Assembly (NCBI GenBank): GCA_030598075.1
Contig: JAUVQP010000001.1
Coordinates: forward strand, 1-31,504
Length of the DNA stretch: 31,504 nt
Direction of reading: 5' to 3'
From: Miltoncostaeaceae bacterium
Lineage (GTDB): Bacteria; Actinomycetota; Thermoleophilia; Miltoncostaeales; Miltoncostaeaceae
The position numbers and the translations under genes were made by a program. Below are positions 1 to 8,370 of this stretch, piece by piece. The notes below the pieces were generated by a model, which was not told the origin of the DNA, made no database searches, and saw only the letters and a list, made by a program, of their open reading frames with translations. How positions within the stretch are numbered: position 1 is the first letter of the stretch; each line of letters opens with the position of its first letter.

Positions 1-228
1 CACCCCTTTCGGCAGGGTATCGGGGCGTGTGGCGCGGTCGACCGAGGCTCCCACTGCGGCGCACGGGAGCATGTGACGGCCGCGAGCGCCGCCGGTCGCG
101 GCTCCGATGGGGCGCACGCCGAAAGACTTACCCGCGCGACGCCCCCTGACAGCCGCACGGGCGGAGGGAACGTGGGCGGTCCATCCGACGTCCGGTCTAC
201 GGTGCGAGGTCCGCCGCCGAGGAGCTCA

Positions 229-2304
229 GTGCCACCCGGATACCCACGCCATCAGGCTGCGCCGCCCACGTTGCCGCACATCGAGCGCCAGAAGGAGCGC
301 GTCGATCGTCAGGCGCCGCGCCGACCCCTCGACCAGGAGCCCTCGCGCCGCACCGTCTATCGTCTGCGCCCGCGCGAGCCCGCCGTGACGGGGCTGTCGG
401 AGCGTCTCGCAGAGACTCTCGATCCGGAGCAGCGCGCGGCGGTCGAGGGTGCCGCGGGCAGAACGCTCGTCCTCGCCTCGGCGGGGTCCGGGAAGACCCG
501 CACGATCGTCGCTGCGCTCGCGCACGCCCTCGACGGCGGGGCCCCGCCCGAATCGATCATGCTGGTCACGTTCACCCGCCGGGCGGCCCGGCAGATGGTG
601 AGCCGCGCCGAGGCCCTGGCCGGGGTTCCCCTCGACCGTCTGACCGCGGGCACCTTTCACGCCGTTTGCCATGGTCTGCTTCGAGCGAACGGGCGGCTCG
701 TGGGCCTCCCGTCGACCTTCACGATCCTCGACTCCGAGGATCAGGCGGATCTCGTGGCGGCGTCGCGCGATGCGGTGCTCTCGACGCTCGATCGCCGCCC
801 CTCGCTTCCCAAGCCCGCCTCCATCGCGGGCATGATCGGCCTCGCCGCCGAGCGCGACCGCCCGCTGGCCGAGGTCGTCGTCGAGCAGAACGCGCGTCTG
901 GTCGACCGTGTGCAGGAGTTGGTCGCGATCGCCGACGGCTATGCCGAGCGCAAGGCCCGCATGGGGGCGGTCGACTACGCCGATCTCCTCGTCCTCGCCC
1001 TCCGTCTCCTTCACGAGCACCCGGCGGTCCGGGAGCGCCTCGGGTACCGGTGGGTCCTCGTGGACGAGCTGCACGACGTCAACCCCATCCAGGCCCGCCT
1101 TGTCGAGCTGCTCGCGTCGGGTGGGGCCAACCTCGTCGCCGTGGCCGACCCCGACCAGTCCATCTACTCGTGGCGCGGCGCCGACCCCGACGTCGTCGAC
1201 CGCTTCGCCGCGGCGCCGGGCACGACCATCTTCCCGCTGTCGCGAAACTATCGATCAACGCCTCAGATCGTGGCCCTCGCGCAGGCCACCCTCCCCTGTG
1301 GCAACCCCTACGGCAAACGGTTACGTGCCGTGCGTCCGACGGGCGCGACGGCCCCCGTCGTGGCGCACTTGGCCTCCGTCGAGGACGAGGCCGCGTTCGT
1401 GGTTCAACGCATTGCGGACCTTCTCAACGAGCGGTACGAGCCCGGCGATATCGCCGTCCTCTATCGAGCCCACCACCACTCGATGGAACTTCAGCTCGCG
1501 CTCGCCGAAGCCGGAGTCGAGTTCGAGCTCTTCTCGGGCGCGCGATTCGTGGAGAGCGCCCACGTCAAGGACGTCCTCTCCTTCTGCCGCCTCCGGCACA
1601 ACGCCGCCGACGAGCTGGCCTGGTTGCGGGCTCTCAACCTATTCCCCGGCGTCGGGCGGCGCACCGCCGAGCGCGTCTTCGCGGCGTCGCGCGCCGCGGC
1701 CGAGCCCCTTCGCGCCGTGCCGGAGGGGTCCGGGCGCGCGGCGCGCGGCCTTGCGCTCGCGCGCGGGACCCTCGCACGCATCCGCGGGCTGGATCGTCCC
1801 GAGGACATCATCCTTCATGTGGCGCGCACCGAGTGGTACAGGGACCATTTGCGGCAGACCTATCCGAACTGGAAGGATCGCGAGGCCGACCTCGCGCGGC
1901 TCGCCGAGCTTGCGGCCCGCCGCGACCGCGTCGAGCGCTTCTTGACCGACCTCCAACTCGCCGAGCGCGTTGAGGCGGACGAGGACATCTCGGGTCCGGC
2001 CCGCCGGGTCGCGCTCAGCACGGTCCACCAGTCCAAGGGGCTGGAGTGGCCGGTCGTGTTCATCCTCCAAGTCGAGCCCGGATCGTTCCCCTCCGGCTGG
2101 GCGATCAGCGAGGGCCGGCTCGATGAGGAGGAGCGGTTGTTCTACGTGGCGGTCACGCGCGCTGCGGACGAGCTGTATCTCTGCCGCCCGATCGCGGCTC
2201 GGCGTCCTTGGGACACCGGAGCGGATGCAATGGTGATCAACTCGGGTCAGGGGTTCCTGGACCGCGACCTCGACGGTCTCGTCGAAGAGTGGTCGGTCCG
2301 CTGA
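229..2304 (+). CDS. UvrD/PcrA-family (SF1) ATP-dependent DNA helicase
   Basis: Motifs ASAGSGKT, VTFTRRAA, VDELHD, DPDQSIYSWRGA, RNYRS, STVHQSKGLEW, EERLFYVAVTRA. Start placed at GTG 229 behind GAGGAG (219-224); the ORF track extends to 73. Confidence 0.92.
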   Translation: MPPGYPRHQAAPPTLPHIERQKERVDRQAPRRPLDQEPSRRTVYRLRPREPAVTGLSERLAETLDPEQRAAVEGAAGRTLVLASAGSGKTRTIVAALAHALDGGAPPESIMLVTFTRRAARQMVSRAEALAGVPLDRLTAGTFHAVCHGLLRANGRLVGLPSTFTILDSEDQADLVAASRDAVLSTLDRRPSLPKPASIAGMIGLAAERDRPLAEVVVEQNARLVDRVQELVAIADGYAERKARMGAVDYADLLVLALRLLHEHPAVRERLGYRWVLVDELHDVNPIQARLVELLASGGANLVAVADPDQSIYSWRGADPDVVDRFAAAPGTTIFPLSRNYRSTPQIVALAQATLPCGNPYGKRLRAVRPTGATAPVVAHLASVEDEAAFVVQRIADLLNERYEPGDIAVLYRAHHHSMELQLALAEAGVEFELFSGARFVESAHVKDVLSFCRLRHNAADELAWLRALNLFPGVGRRTAERVFAASRAAAEPLRAVPEGSGRAARGLALARGTLARIRGLDRPEDIILHVARTEWYRDHLRQTYPNWKDREADLARLAELAARRDRVERFLTDLQLAERVEADEDISGPARRVALSTVHQSKGLEWPVVFILQVEPGSFPSGWAISEGRLDEEERLFYVAVTRAADELYLCRPIAARRPWDTGADAMVINSGQGFLDRDLDGLVEEWSVR

Positions 2305-2314
2305 CGGCCGCGCG

Positions 2315-3160
2315 ATGATCGTCTCTCGGCGCCCCGAGGGCCTGCTCATCGTCCGTCAGGTCGACCACCAGGTGCAGTGCGGCATGATGGCGGCGGCGTG
2401 GGGCGGTGCCGAGTTCCGCAGGCCGGAGCCCTACGGTCCCGTCCGCGATGCCGCCGCCTGGCACGACGAGGGCTGGCGAGCCTGGGAGACGTGGCCGTCG
2501 ACCGACGAGCGCGGCGCGCCGATCGACTTCCCCGATCTCGACCGGGCGGAGCACGTTCGTCTCTACTCCGAGGGAATTCGGAGGGTCGCGGCTCGCTCGC
2601 CGGCTGCCGGCCTCCTGGTCAGCATGCACGCCCAGGGGCTCTATGAGCGGCGCCTTGGGCTGGATGGGCCGCCGCCCCCGAGGGCAGGACGCAGATGTGA
2701 GATCGGAGCCTTCCTGGCGGGGCAGGAGGCTCTTCAGGCGCGGATCGCGGCTGAGCTCGGCGACGGTCCGCGGCTCCGCTCCTGGGCCTGGGCGGCCTAT
2801 CGGCTGCTGCAGGCCTGGGACCTTCTCAGCCTCTACCTCCTATGGAGGGCGCTGCCCTCCGGGCGTGCCGGGGCGCTTCCGGCCGTCCCGCGCGCGGTGG
2901 GCGACCCGGGAGTCGCGATCGCTCTGACGCCGACGGGCTCGGCCAGTTGCGCCGCGGAGCCGTTTCCATTTCGGGGCGACTCCGTGTCGCTTCCCGCCGC
3001 CGCGCGCCTCATCGACGACCGACCCTACCGCGACGACGCGGACCTTCGGCGAGCGCTCGGCTTGGCCGAGTGCATCGACCTCGACATCGTCGTGCACCGT
3101 GAGGGGCTTGGCAGAGGACCGTCCCGAGACGTGCGAGGACCCTCCGACTCCGGACGCTAG
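2315..3160 (+). CDS. DUF3891-family protein (putative metal-binding HD-like)
   Basis: N-terminal MIVSRRPEGLLIVRQVDHQ..AAAWG, then AAAWHDEGW and SMH patterns typical of DUF3891. Confidence 0.75.
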   Translation: MIVSRRPEGLLIVRQVDHQVQCGMMAAAWGGAEFRRPEPYGPVRDAAAWHDEGWRAWETWPSTDERGAPIDFPDLDRAEHVRLYSEGIRRVAARSPAAGLLVSMHAQGLYERRLGLDGPPPPRAGRRCEIGAFLAGQEALQARIAAELGDGPRLRSWAWAAYRLLQAWDLLSLYLLWRALPSGRAGALPAVPRAVGDPGVAIALTPTGSASCAAEPFPFRGDSVSLPAAARLIDDRPYRDDADLRRALGLAECIDLDIVVHREGLGRGPSRDVRGPSDSGR

Positions 3161-3320
3161 TGCCGTGTCAGGAAACCTTTGCCCCGTTCTTCCTCGCTGC
3201 AAACCATCGCGGATGCGGCGTCCTCGGTCATCGCCATGGGCTCAACCATGGCGATGACGCTGCGTCCTTGCCCCGCGGGGTTTTCGCGGCCAGAACACGC
3301 CATGGTTCCCTGACACGGCA
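3161..3320. mobile_element. 160-bp MITE-like element, copy 1
   Basis: 17-bp TIRs with 1 mismatch (TGCCGTGTCAGGAAACC / GGTTCCCTGACACGGCA), CTAG on both sides (3157-3160, 3321-3324), 157/160 identical to the reverse complement of 29282-29441, no transposase. Confidence 0.9.
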
Positions 3321-3536
3321 CTAGTCGCCCTTCTCGTACTTGAACGACAACGAGAGCCGTGCCCGAAACTGGTCGATGCGACCGTCATCGCCGACCGTGA
3401 CGTCGAGCTTCGCCACCTCGGCGACGCGGAGATCGCGCAGCGATCCGCTCGCCGTGCTGACCGCGTTGTTGGCGGCGTCCTCCCAAGATGTCGAGCTGGT
3501 GCCGATGACGTCGATGACGCGATAGACGCTTCCCAT
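3321..3536 (-). CDS. Dodecin (flavin-binding) family protein
   Basis: 71 aa, SVYRVIDVIGTSSTSWEDAANNAV...LRDLRVAEV...FRARLSLSFKYE; GGGGAG SD upstream. Confidence 0.92.
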   Translation of the reverse strand: MGSVYRVIDVIGTSSTSWEDAANNAVSTASGSLRDLRVAEVAKLDVTVGDDGRIDQFRARLSLSFKYEKGD

Positions 3537-3594
3537 GCTGTGAACTCCCCGCTGGTGGCCTCGGCGCCGGTCGGGCGCGCGCCCCTAACACCTA

Positions 3595-4440
3595 TCAGAA
3601 TCGCTCGTGGGGGAGGGGCGCTTCCCGAAGCGACACCGCGTCCGCACGCCGGAGTCGGGCGAGGTTCAGCGCCGCCCGCTCCCGGAAGAGAGCGTCTGCG
3701 GGAAGCAGGTACGGCCCTTCCGCTGCGCTCTCGAGCACGAGCGAGTGGGCGGGGCCGCGGCGGATCGCCCGATCCGCTGTGGCGGCGAGGGCCAGCGCGT
3801 CCAGCCGCGCCGCGTCGCGGATGGCCTGCCAGTCGTCCGGATCGGCCGCAGGGCGCCACCCGCCCAGGTCGATGGAGTCGCCGAGCAACGATGCGGCGTG
3901 GACCAGGCCACTCGGCGTCGCCCGGCCGCGCGCCTTGGGGCGGTAGCGGGGTGGACGGGCGGCCGCGAAGGCGGCGCGGTAGTCGCCGAGGTCGGCGATC
4001 GTCGCTCGGCGCGGGTGCCGCTCCCAGACGAGCTGTCGGAGGAGGAGGTCCGGAAAGGACTCCACGACGGGTCCGCGTCCGGAGAGGGCTTCCTCGACGC
4101 CGGGCCCGCGGAGGCCGCCGTGCAGCTGCCCAAGACGCTGCCGCGACGCGGGGAACGCGGGCACGTCGCACCAGGCCAGCATCCGCTCGATGTCACGCCT
4201 GCCGCGATCGTTCGGCACGCGCAGGGGAATGTCGACCGCGATGAGGCGGACGTCGGCGGGGGTGAGCGCGGCGAGGTCGGGATCCGTGACACCGGTCTCG
4301 ATGGAGACGAGGCGCCCGGATCGATCGACGGTCGCGACGACGGAGAGTCTGTCGCCATCGGGATCGATGGCGGGTTCGACGTGGACGCCCGCCACCGCGC
4401 CCGGCTCTGGCGGGCTGGCCGCTGGGCCACTACGCTCCAT
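3595..4440 (-). CDS. DUF429-like predicted RNase H-fold nuclease
   Basis: LIAVDIPL, GRRDIER, VVESFP, RLDALALA patterns; start uncertain (4440 or 4461). Confidence 0.65.
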   Translation of the reverse strand: MERSGPAASPPEPGAVAGVHVEPAIDPDGDRLSVVATVDRSGRLVSIETGVTDPDLAALTPADVRLIAVDIPLRVPNDRGRRDIERMLAWCDVPAFPASRQRLGQLHGGLRGPGVEEALSGRGPVVESFPDLLLRQLVWERHPRRATIADLGDYRAAFAAARPPRYRPKARGRATPSGLVHAASLLGDSIDLGGWRPAADPDDWQAIRDAARLDALALAATADRAIRRGPAHSLVLESAAEGPYLLPADALFRERAALNLARLRRADAVSLREAPLPHERF

Positions 4441-4463
4441 TGTCTCGGCGAGAGAGGCCATCT

Positions 4464-4757
4464 GTGGCGAGCATTCTCCTCCTCATCATCGCGGCGGCAT
4501 CACCATGGGTGGTGCATCTGGCTCCACCGCGGCAGCGGGCGCTGGCGCTGGTCGGCGTGGTCGCTGTGCTGCTCCTGTTTGGCATCTTCGCGCACAACCC
4601 CCTCACCGAATGGCAGTTCTGGGCGGGCCTCGGCGCTGGGATCGTCACCGTGCTCCTGGCGTCCGGCGCAGGACGCGGGGGCCGCGATCGCATGCTGGAG
4701 CGCCGTCGCCGGCGGGCCTTTCAGGATGGGCGCGACGAGCCCACGGGCGAGATATAG
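4464..4757 (+). CDS. Small multi-pass membrane protein, unknown function
   Basis: About three hydrophobic segments and an Arg-rich tail; GTG 4464 behind AGAGAGG. Confidence 0.65.
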   Translation: MASILLLIIAAASPWVVHLAPPRQRALALVGVVAVLLLFGIFAHNPLTEWQFWAGLGAGIVTVLLASGAGRGGRDRMLERRRRRAFQDGRDEPTGEI

Positions 4758-4774
4758 CGCTCCGCCAGCGGCCG

Positions 4775-6133
4775 CTAGGGGTCTGTCGGCTCCAGGTGGC
4801 GGGCGATCAGCCGCGCGGCCCGCTCCTCGTCGTCCAGCAGTAGCAGGCCGGTCCGCAGGCCGCGGACTCCGGCGGCGCGGTTCTCGAGGGCGAGCTGGGC
4901 AATGCCGTGGGGAAGGTGCGCGTCCGCGTACCGGGGGTCGATCCTGATGCTCCGTTGCGCGGCCTGCACGGCCTCCTCGCCGCGGTCGATCCGCAGCAGG
5001 ACGTAGGCCCGGAAGGCCGCTGCGGCGGCATCCTTGGGGTCGAGTCTCTCGGCGGCGCCGAACGCTCCGACGGAATCGCCGGGCCGCTTGAGCGCCGCGA
5101 GCGCGACGCCGCGTCCGAACGACGCTGCCTCGATGTTCGGGTCCCGCTTGCGGGCCCGGTTGTACGCGCCGAGGGCCGGCTTGTGCCGACCCTCGGCGGT
5201 CAGCATCTCGCCCGCGAGGAGGTGTCCGACCGCGCTCGCCCGCCAGCTTCGCGGCCACCCTGCGAGAAGCCGTTCGGCGCTCTCGGCCTCGTCGGCCTCG
5301 ATCCTTTCCCGCACGGCGGCCGCCGCCAGCGCGAGCGACTTCGGATCGCGTCGTGTGGCCACGCGGAGGGACCGGTCGTAGCTCGGCGCCGTCTCCCAGT
5401 CGGGCGGCGGGGTCATGCGGAGCTCCAGTCGCTCGCCGGCGCGCGTGACGACGACGGGGACCTCGCGGCCCGCGGGCAGCGCGCGCTGGGCGGCGACCAG
5501 CGACCCCGGGCTATCGATGGGACGCCCGTTGAGCGACACGAGGACGTCGCCGCGGCGAATGCCCGCCTTCGCGGCGGCCCCGCGCGGGGCGACCACGGCG
5601 ACGAGCTGACCGGTGCCCGAGAGCCCGGAGGTGCGCGTCAGGACCTTCCAGAGCGGAATGGTGTAGGCGTCGAAGCGGCCGCGGCCCCGCGCGAGGCGAA
5701 GGCGGAACGAGCTGCGCACCGGCTCGCTGGTGCCGGTCGTCTCGCTCGTGGCCTGAACCTCGACGCGGTAGGCGCCGCTCGGAAGCTGGAAGCCGTCGTC
5801 GTCGGTCGCGTCGACGAGGAAGTACGCCCGGCCGGCCGGGTGCGACTCGGACGCCTGGACCGTCTTGAGAAGCTCGCCCGACGACGCCGCGCTCACCCGG
5901 ATGATGATCTGCGCCGCGACCGACGTGCGAATGCCCACAAGAAAGCGCGCATGTCCGCGCTGGGCCCGGACGGTGCGGGCAAGGCGCAGTGACGTGAGCG
6001 CCGGAGGACCGGACGCCTCAGCCTCGGGCGGGTCGGGCTCTTGGGCGGCGGCGAGCGGGCTGACGAGGCCGGCGCCCAGGCCGGCGGCGAGGCCGGCGGC
6101 GATCAGCACGGCGCGCCGGGTGCGGATCGGCAT
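4775..6133 (-). CDS. Secreted protein with Ig/FlgD-like, PDZ and TPR domains
   Basis: Signal peptide (RTRRAVLIAAGLAAG...AAA), DATDDDGFQLPSGAYRVEVQA, PDZ-like GAAAKAGIRRGDVLVSLNGRPI, several TPR-like helical repeats. Confidence 0.75.
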   Translation of the reverse strand: MPIRTRRAVLIAAGLAAGLGAGLVSPLAAAQEPDPPEAEASGPPALTSLRLARTVRAQRGHARFLVGIRTSVAAQIIIRVSAASSGELLKTVQASESHPAGRAYFLVDATDDDGFQLPSGAYRVEVQATSETTGTSEPVRSSFRLRLARGRGRFDAYTIPLWKVLTRTSGLSGTGQLVAVVAPRGAAAKAGIRRGDVLVSLNGRPIDSPGSLVAAQRALPAGREVPVVVTRAGERLELRMTPPPDWETAPSYDRSLRVATRRDPKSLALAAAAVRERIEADEAESAERLLAGWPRSWRASAVGHLLAGEMLTAEGRHKPALGAYNRARKRDPNIEAASFGRGVALAALKRPGDSVGAFGAAERLDPKDAAAAAFRAYVLLRIDRGEEAVQAAQRSIRIDPRYADAHLPHGIAQLALENRAAGVRGLRTGLLLLDDEERAARLIARHLEPTDP

Positions 6134-6215
6134 CGGGCAGCACCCTAACCGCGACGCGGGTCCGAGCTGCATCCGCCCGGGTATCCGGCCGCCGGCGCGA
6201 TAGGTTGGCGGGCGG

Positions 6216-7544
6216 ATGACCGTACCCCCGCCACCCCTTGCCCCCGTCGAGGTTCTGGAGCGAGCGGCGCGCGGAGCCGTCGTCGACGCGGCGAGTGTGG
6301 GCGGTCTCGTGCGCGCGTGGGTCGATGGGATCGCCAGCGACGCTCAGATGGCTGCGTGGTGCGCCCTCGCGTCGGCGCGCGGACTCGACGTCGCGGCGGT
6401 GGACGAGGTCACGCGGGCCCTCATCGCGTCGGGCAGACGCCTCGATCTGACCCGCCTCGGGCCGGTCGGCGCGCCGCTTTCCACCGGCGCGGTTGGGGAT
6501 TCCAGCTCGCTGCTGGCGCCTCCGATCGCGGCTGCCCTCGGCGTGCGGGTCGCGACGATGGCCGAGCCGAGCCTCGGTCCGGCCGGCGGCGCGCTCGACA
6601 AGCTGGGGGCGATCCCCGGGTTTCGAGCGGATCTTCCCTTGGATCGTTTCGTACGGCAGGTCCGCGACGTCGGCATCGCGGTCGCCGGTGCCGGGGGGCG
6701 GTTGGCGCCCGCGGACAGCCGCCTCACCGCGCTCCGCGACCAAACCGGGAGTGCCCGGAGCGATGCTCTGGTCGCGGCGTCGCTCATGAGCCGCGCCATC
6801 GCCACCGGCGCGACAGCGATCGCCGTCAATCTGGGGGTCGGCGAGGGGGCTCTGCTCGGCCGAGCCGAGGACGCGGTGAGATCCGCGTCCGCCATGCACC
6901 AATTGGGCGAGTCCTGGGGCAGGGGCGTGCGATGGATCGTAACCTCCGCGGATCGCCCACTCGGGCGCTTCGTCGGCAATGCTTTGGAGGTGCGCGAGGC
7001 GGCAGCCGTACTCACCGGCGAGGGGCCGGACGATCTTCGGGAGTTGGCGGGGCGGCTCGCGGGCGATCTCGCGGAGCTTGCGGGCGCCGTACCCGAGGGA
7101 GAGGGCGTGGGGCGTGCCGCCCGGGTACTCCGCGATGGCTCGGCGCTGCGGCTCGCCGAGCGGTGGATCGAGGCCCAGGAGGGCGATCCGGACGTCTGGA
7201 CGAATCCCGCCGTCCTCGCGCGAGCTCCGGTCGAGCAGGCGGTCGGGGCGCCGGCGGCCGGGGTGCTCCGGTCGATCTCCGCCCGGCGTGTCGGCGAGGC
7301 TGCGCGCTGGCTTGGCGCGGGACGACTGCACGCCCAGCAGACCGTCGATCCCCTCACCGGAGTGGAGTTGCTCGCGGGCATCGGCGATGCGGTGCAGGTC
7401 GGCGATGCCATCGCGCTCGTGCACGCGCGGGACGCGGGCCTCGTCGGTCGAGCCGTGGAGATGGTCGCCGGCGCGGTCGCCATCGGCGACGAGGGCGAGC
7501 CTCCGGCGCCGCTGATCCTCGACGCGGGCGGATCCGGTGCCTGA
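6216..7544 (+). CDS. Thymidine/pyrimidine-nucleoside phosphorylase homolog with degenerate active site
   Basis: STGAVGD, GGALDKL.AIPG, LAPADSRLTALRD, GRFVGNALEVREA, C-terminal LGAGR domain; KH and K.S motifs replaced. Confidence 0.85.
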   Translation: MTVPPPPLAPVEVLERAARGAVVDAASVGGLVRAWVDGIASDAQMAAWCALASARGLDVAAVDEVTRALIASGRRLDLTRLGPVGAPLSTGAVGDSSSLLAPPIAAALGVRVATMAEPSLGPAGGALDKLGAIPGFRADLPLDRFVRQVRDVGIAVAGAGGRLAPADSRLTALRDQTGSARSDALVAASLMSRAIATGATAIAVNLGVGEGALLGRAEDAVRSASAMHQLGESWGRGVRWIVTSADRPLGRFVGNALEVREAAAVLTGEGPDDLRELAGRLAGDLAELAGAVPEGEGVGRAARVLRDGSALRLAERWIEAQEGDPDVWTNPAVLARAPVEQAVGAPAAGVLRSISARRVGEAARWLGAGRLHAQQTVDPLTGVELLAGIGDAVQVGDAIALVHARDAGLVGRAVEMVAGAVAIGDEGEPPAPLILDAGGSGA

Positions 7545-8370
7545 GCTTCCCGAGGTCGAGACGATTCGGCGGCAGCTCGACGTGCGTCTGCCCGGGCGTC
7601 GCATCGAGCGGGCGACGGTTCTCGACCCGAAGCTCACCGCTCCGGAGTCGCCGCAGAGCATCGAGGACGGCCTTGGGGGGCGGGTTGTGAGAACCGTGGC
7701 GCGCCGTGGGAAGTACCTCTCCCTGGTGCTGGATGGTGGGGACGAGCTCGTTCTCCACCTCCGGATGACGGGGCGGCTCCACTGGCGTTCCGGATCCGAG
7801 GTCGACGAGCGCTACCTGCGTGCCCTGCTGACCTTCGACGACGGAAGCACGCTGACCTTCGGCGACGCGCGCCGCTTCGGAACCGCCCGTCTCCTTCGCG
7901 CCGGCTCCGATGACCACGCCGCGTACTGGGATGGGCGCGTTGGCGTGGAGCCGCTCTCGGCGGACTTCACGGGCCGTGTGCTCGCCGAGCTGCTGGCCGC
8001 TCGGAGGGGCCCGATCAAGCCGCTGCTCCTGAACCAAGCCCTGGTTGCGGGTCTCGGAAACATGTACGTGGACGAGGCATTGTTCGCCGCGCGGGTACAC
8101 CCCCTCCGTGTGGCGGGGGGCCTGGACGCCGACGAGACACGCCGTCTTCATCGCGCGATTCGCGACCGGCTGAGGGTGGCCGTGGAGGCGGGCGGGGCCT
8201 CGATCGACAGCTATCGCGACGGGCTGGGCGAGCGTGGCTCGATGCAGGGCCTGCTCCGCGTGCACCTGCGCGCGGGCGACCCGTGCCCCCGCTGCCGGGT
8301 TCCAGTCCGCAAGACGAGCGTCGGCGGTCGCGGGACGTACTGGTGCCCGAGCTGCCAGGAGGACCCATGA
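7537..8370 (+). CDS. mutM: Formamidopyrimidine-DNA glycosylase / AP lyase
   Basis: PELPEV N-terminus, RRGKYL, HLRMTG, GLGNMYVDE, C-terminal CPRC..CPSC zinc finger. Confidence 0.97.
   Translation: MPELPEVETIRRQLDVRLPGRRIERATVLDPKLTAPESPQSIEDGLGGRVVRTVARRGKYLSLVLDGGDELVLHLRMTGRLHWRSGSEVDERYLRALLTFDDGSTLTFGDARRFGTARLLRAGSDDHAAYWDGRVGVEPLSADFTGRVLAELLAARRGPIKPLLLNQALVAGLGNMYVDEALFAARVHPLRVAGGLDADETRRLHRAIRDRLRVAVEAGGASIDSYRDGLGERGSMQGLLRVHLRAGDPCPRCRVPVRKTSVGGRGTYWCPSCQEDP

Noticed and set aside
73-228. Longer helicase N-terminus from the ORF track
   Set aside because: Low-complexity translation with no SD; GTG 229 has a well-spaced GAGGAG
3161-3320. GCAAACC / GGACGCA words in the repeat suggesting a c-di-GMP-I riboswitch
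   Set aside because: The GAAA tetraloop/receptor layout is missing, the element lies at 3' ends, and TIRs plus target duplication explain it better
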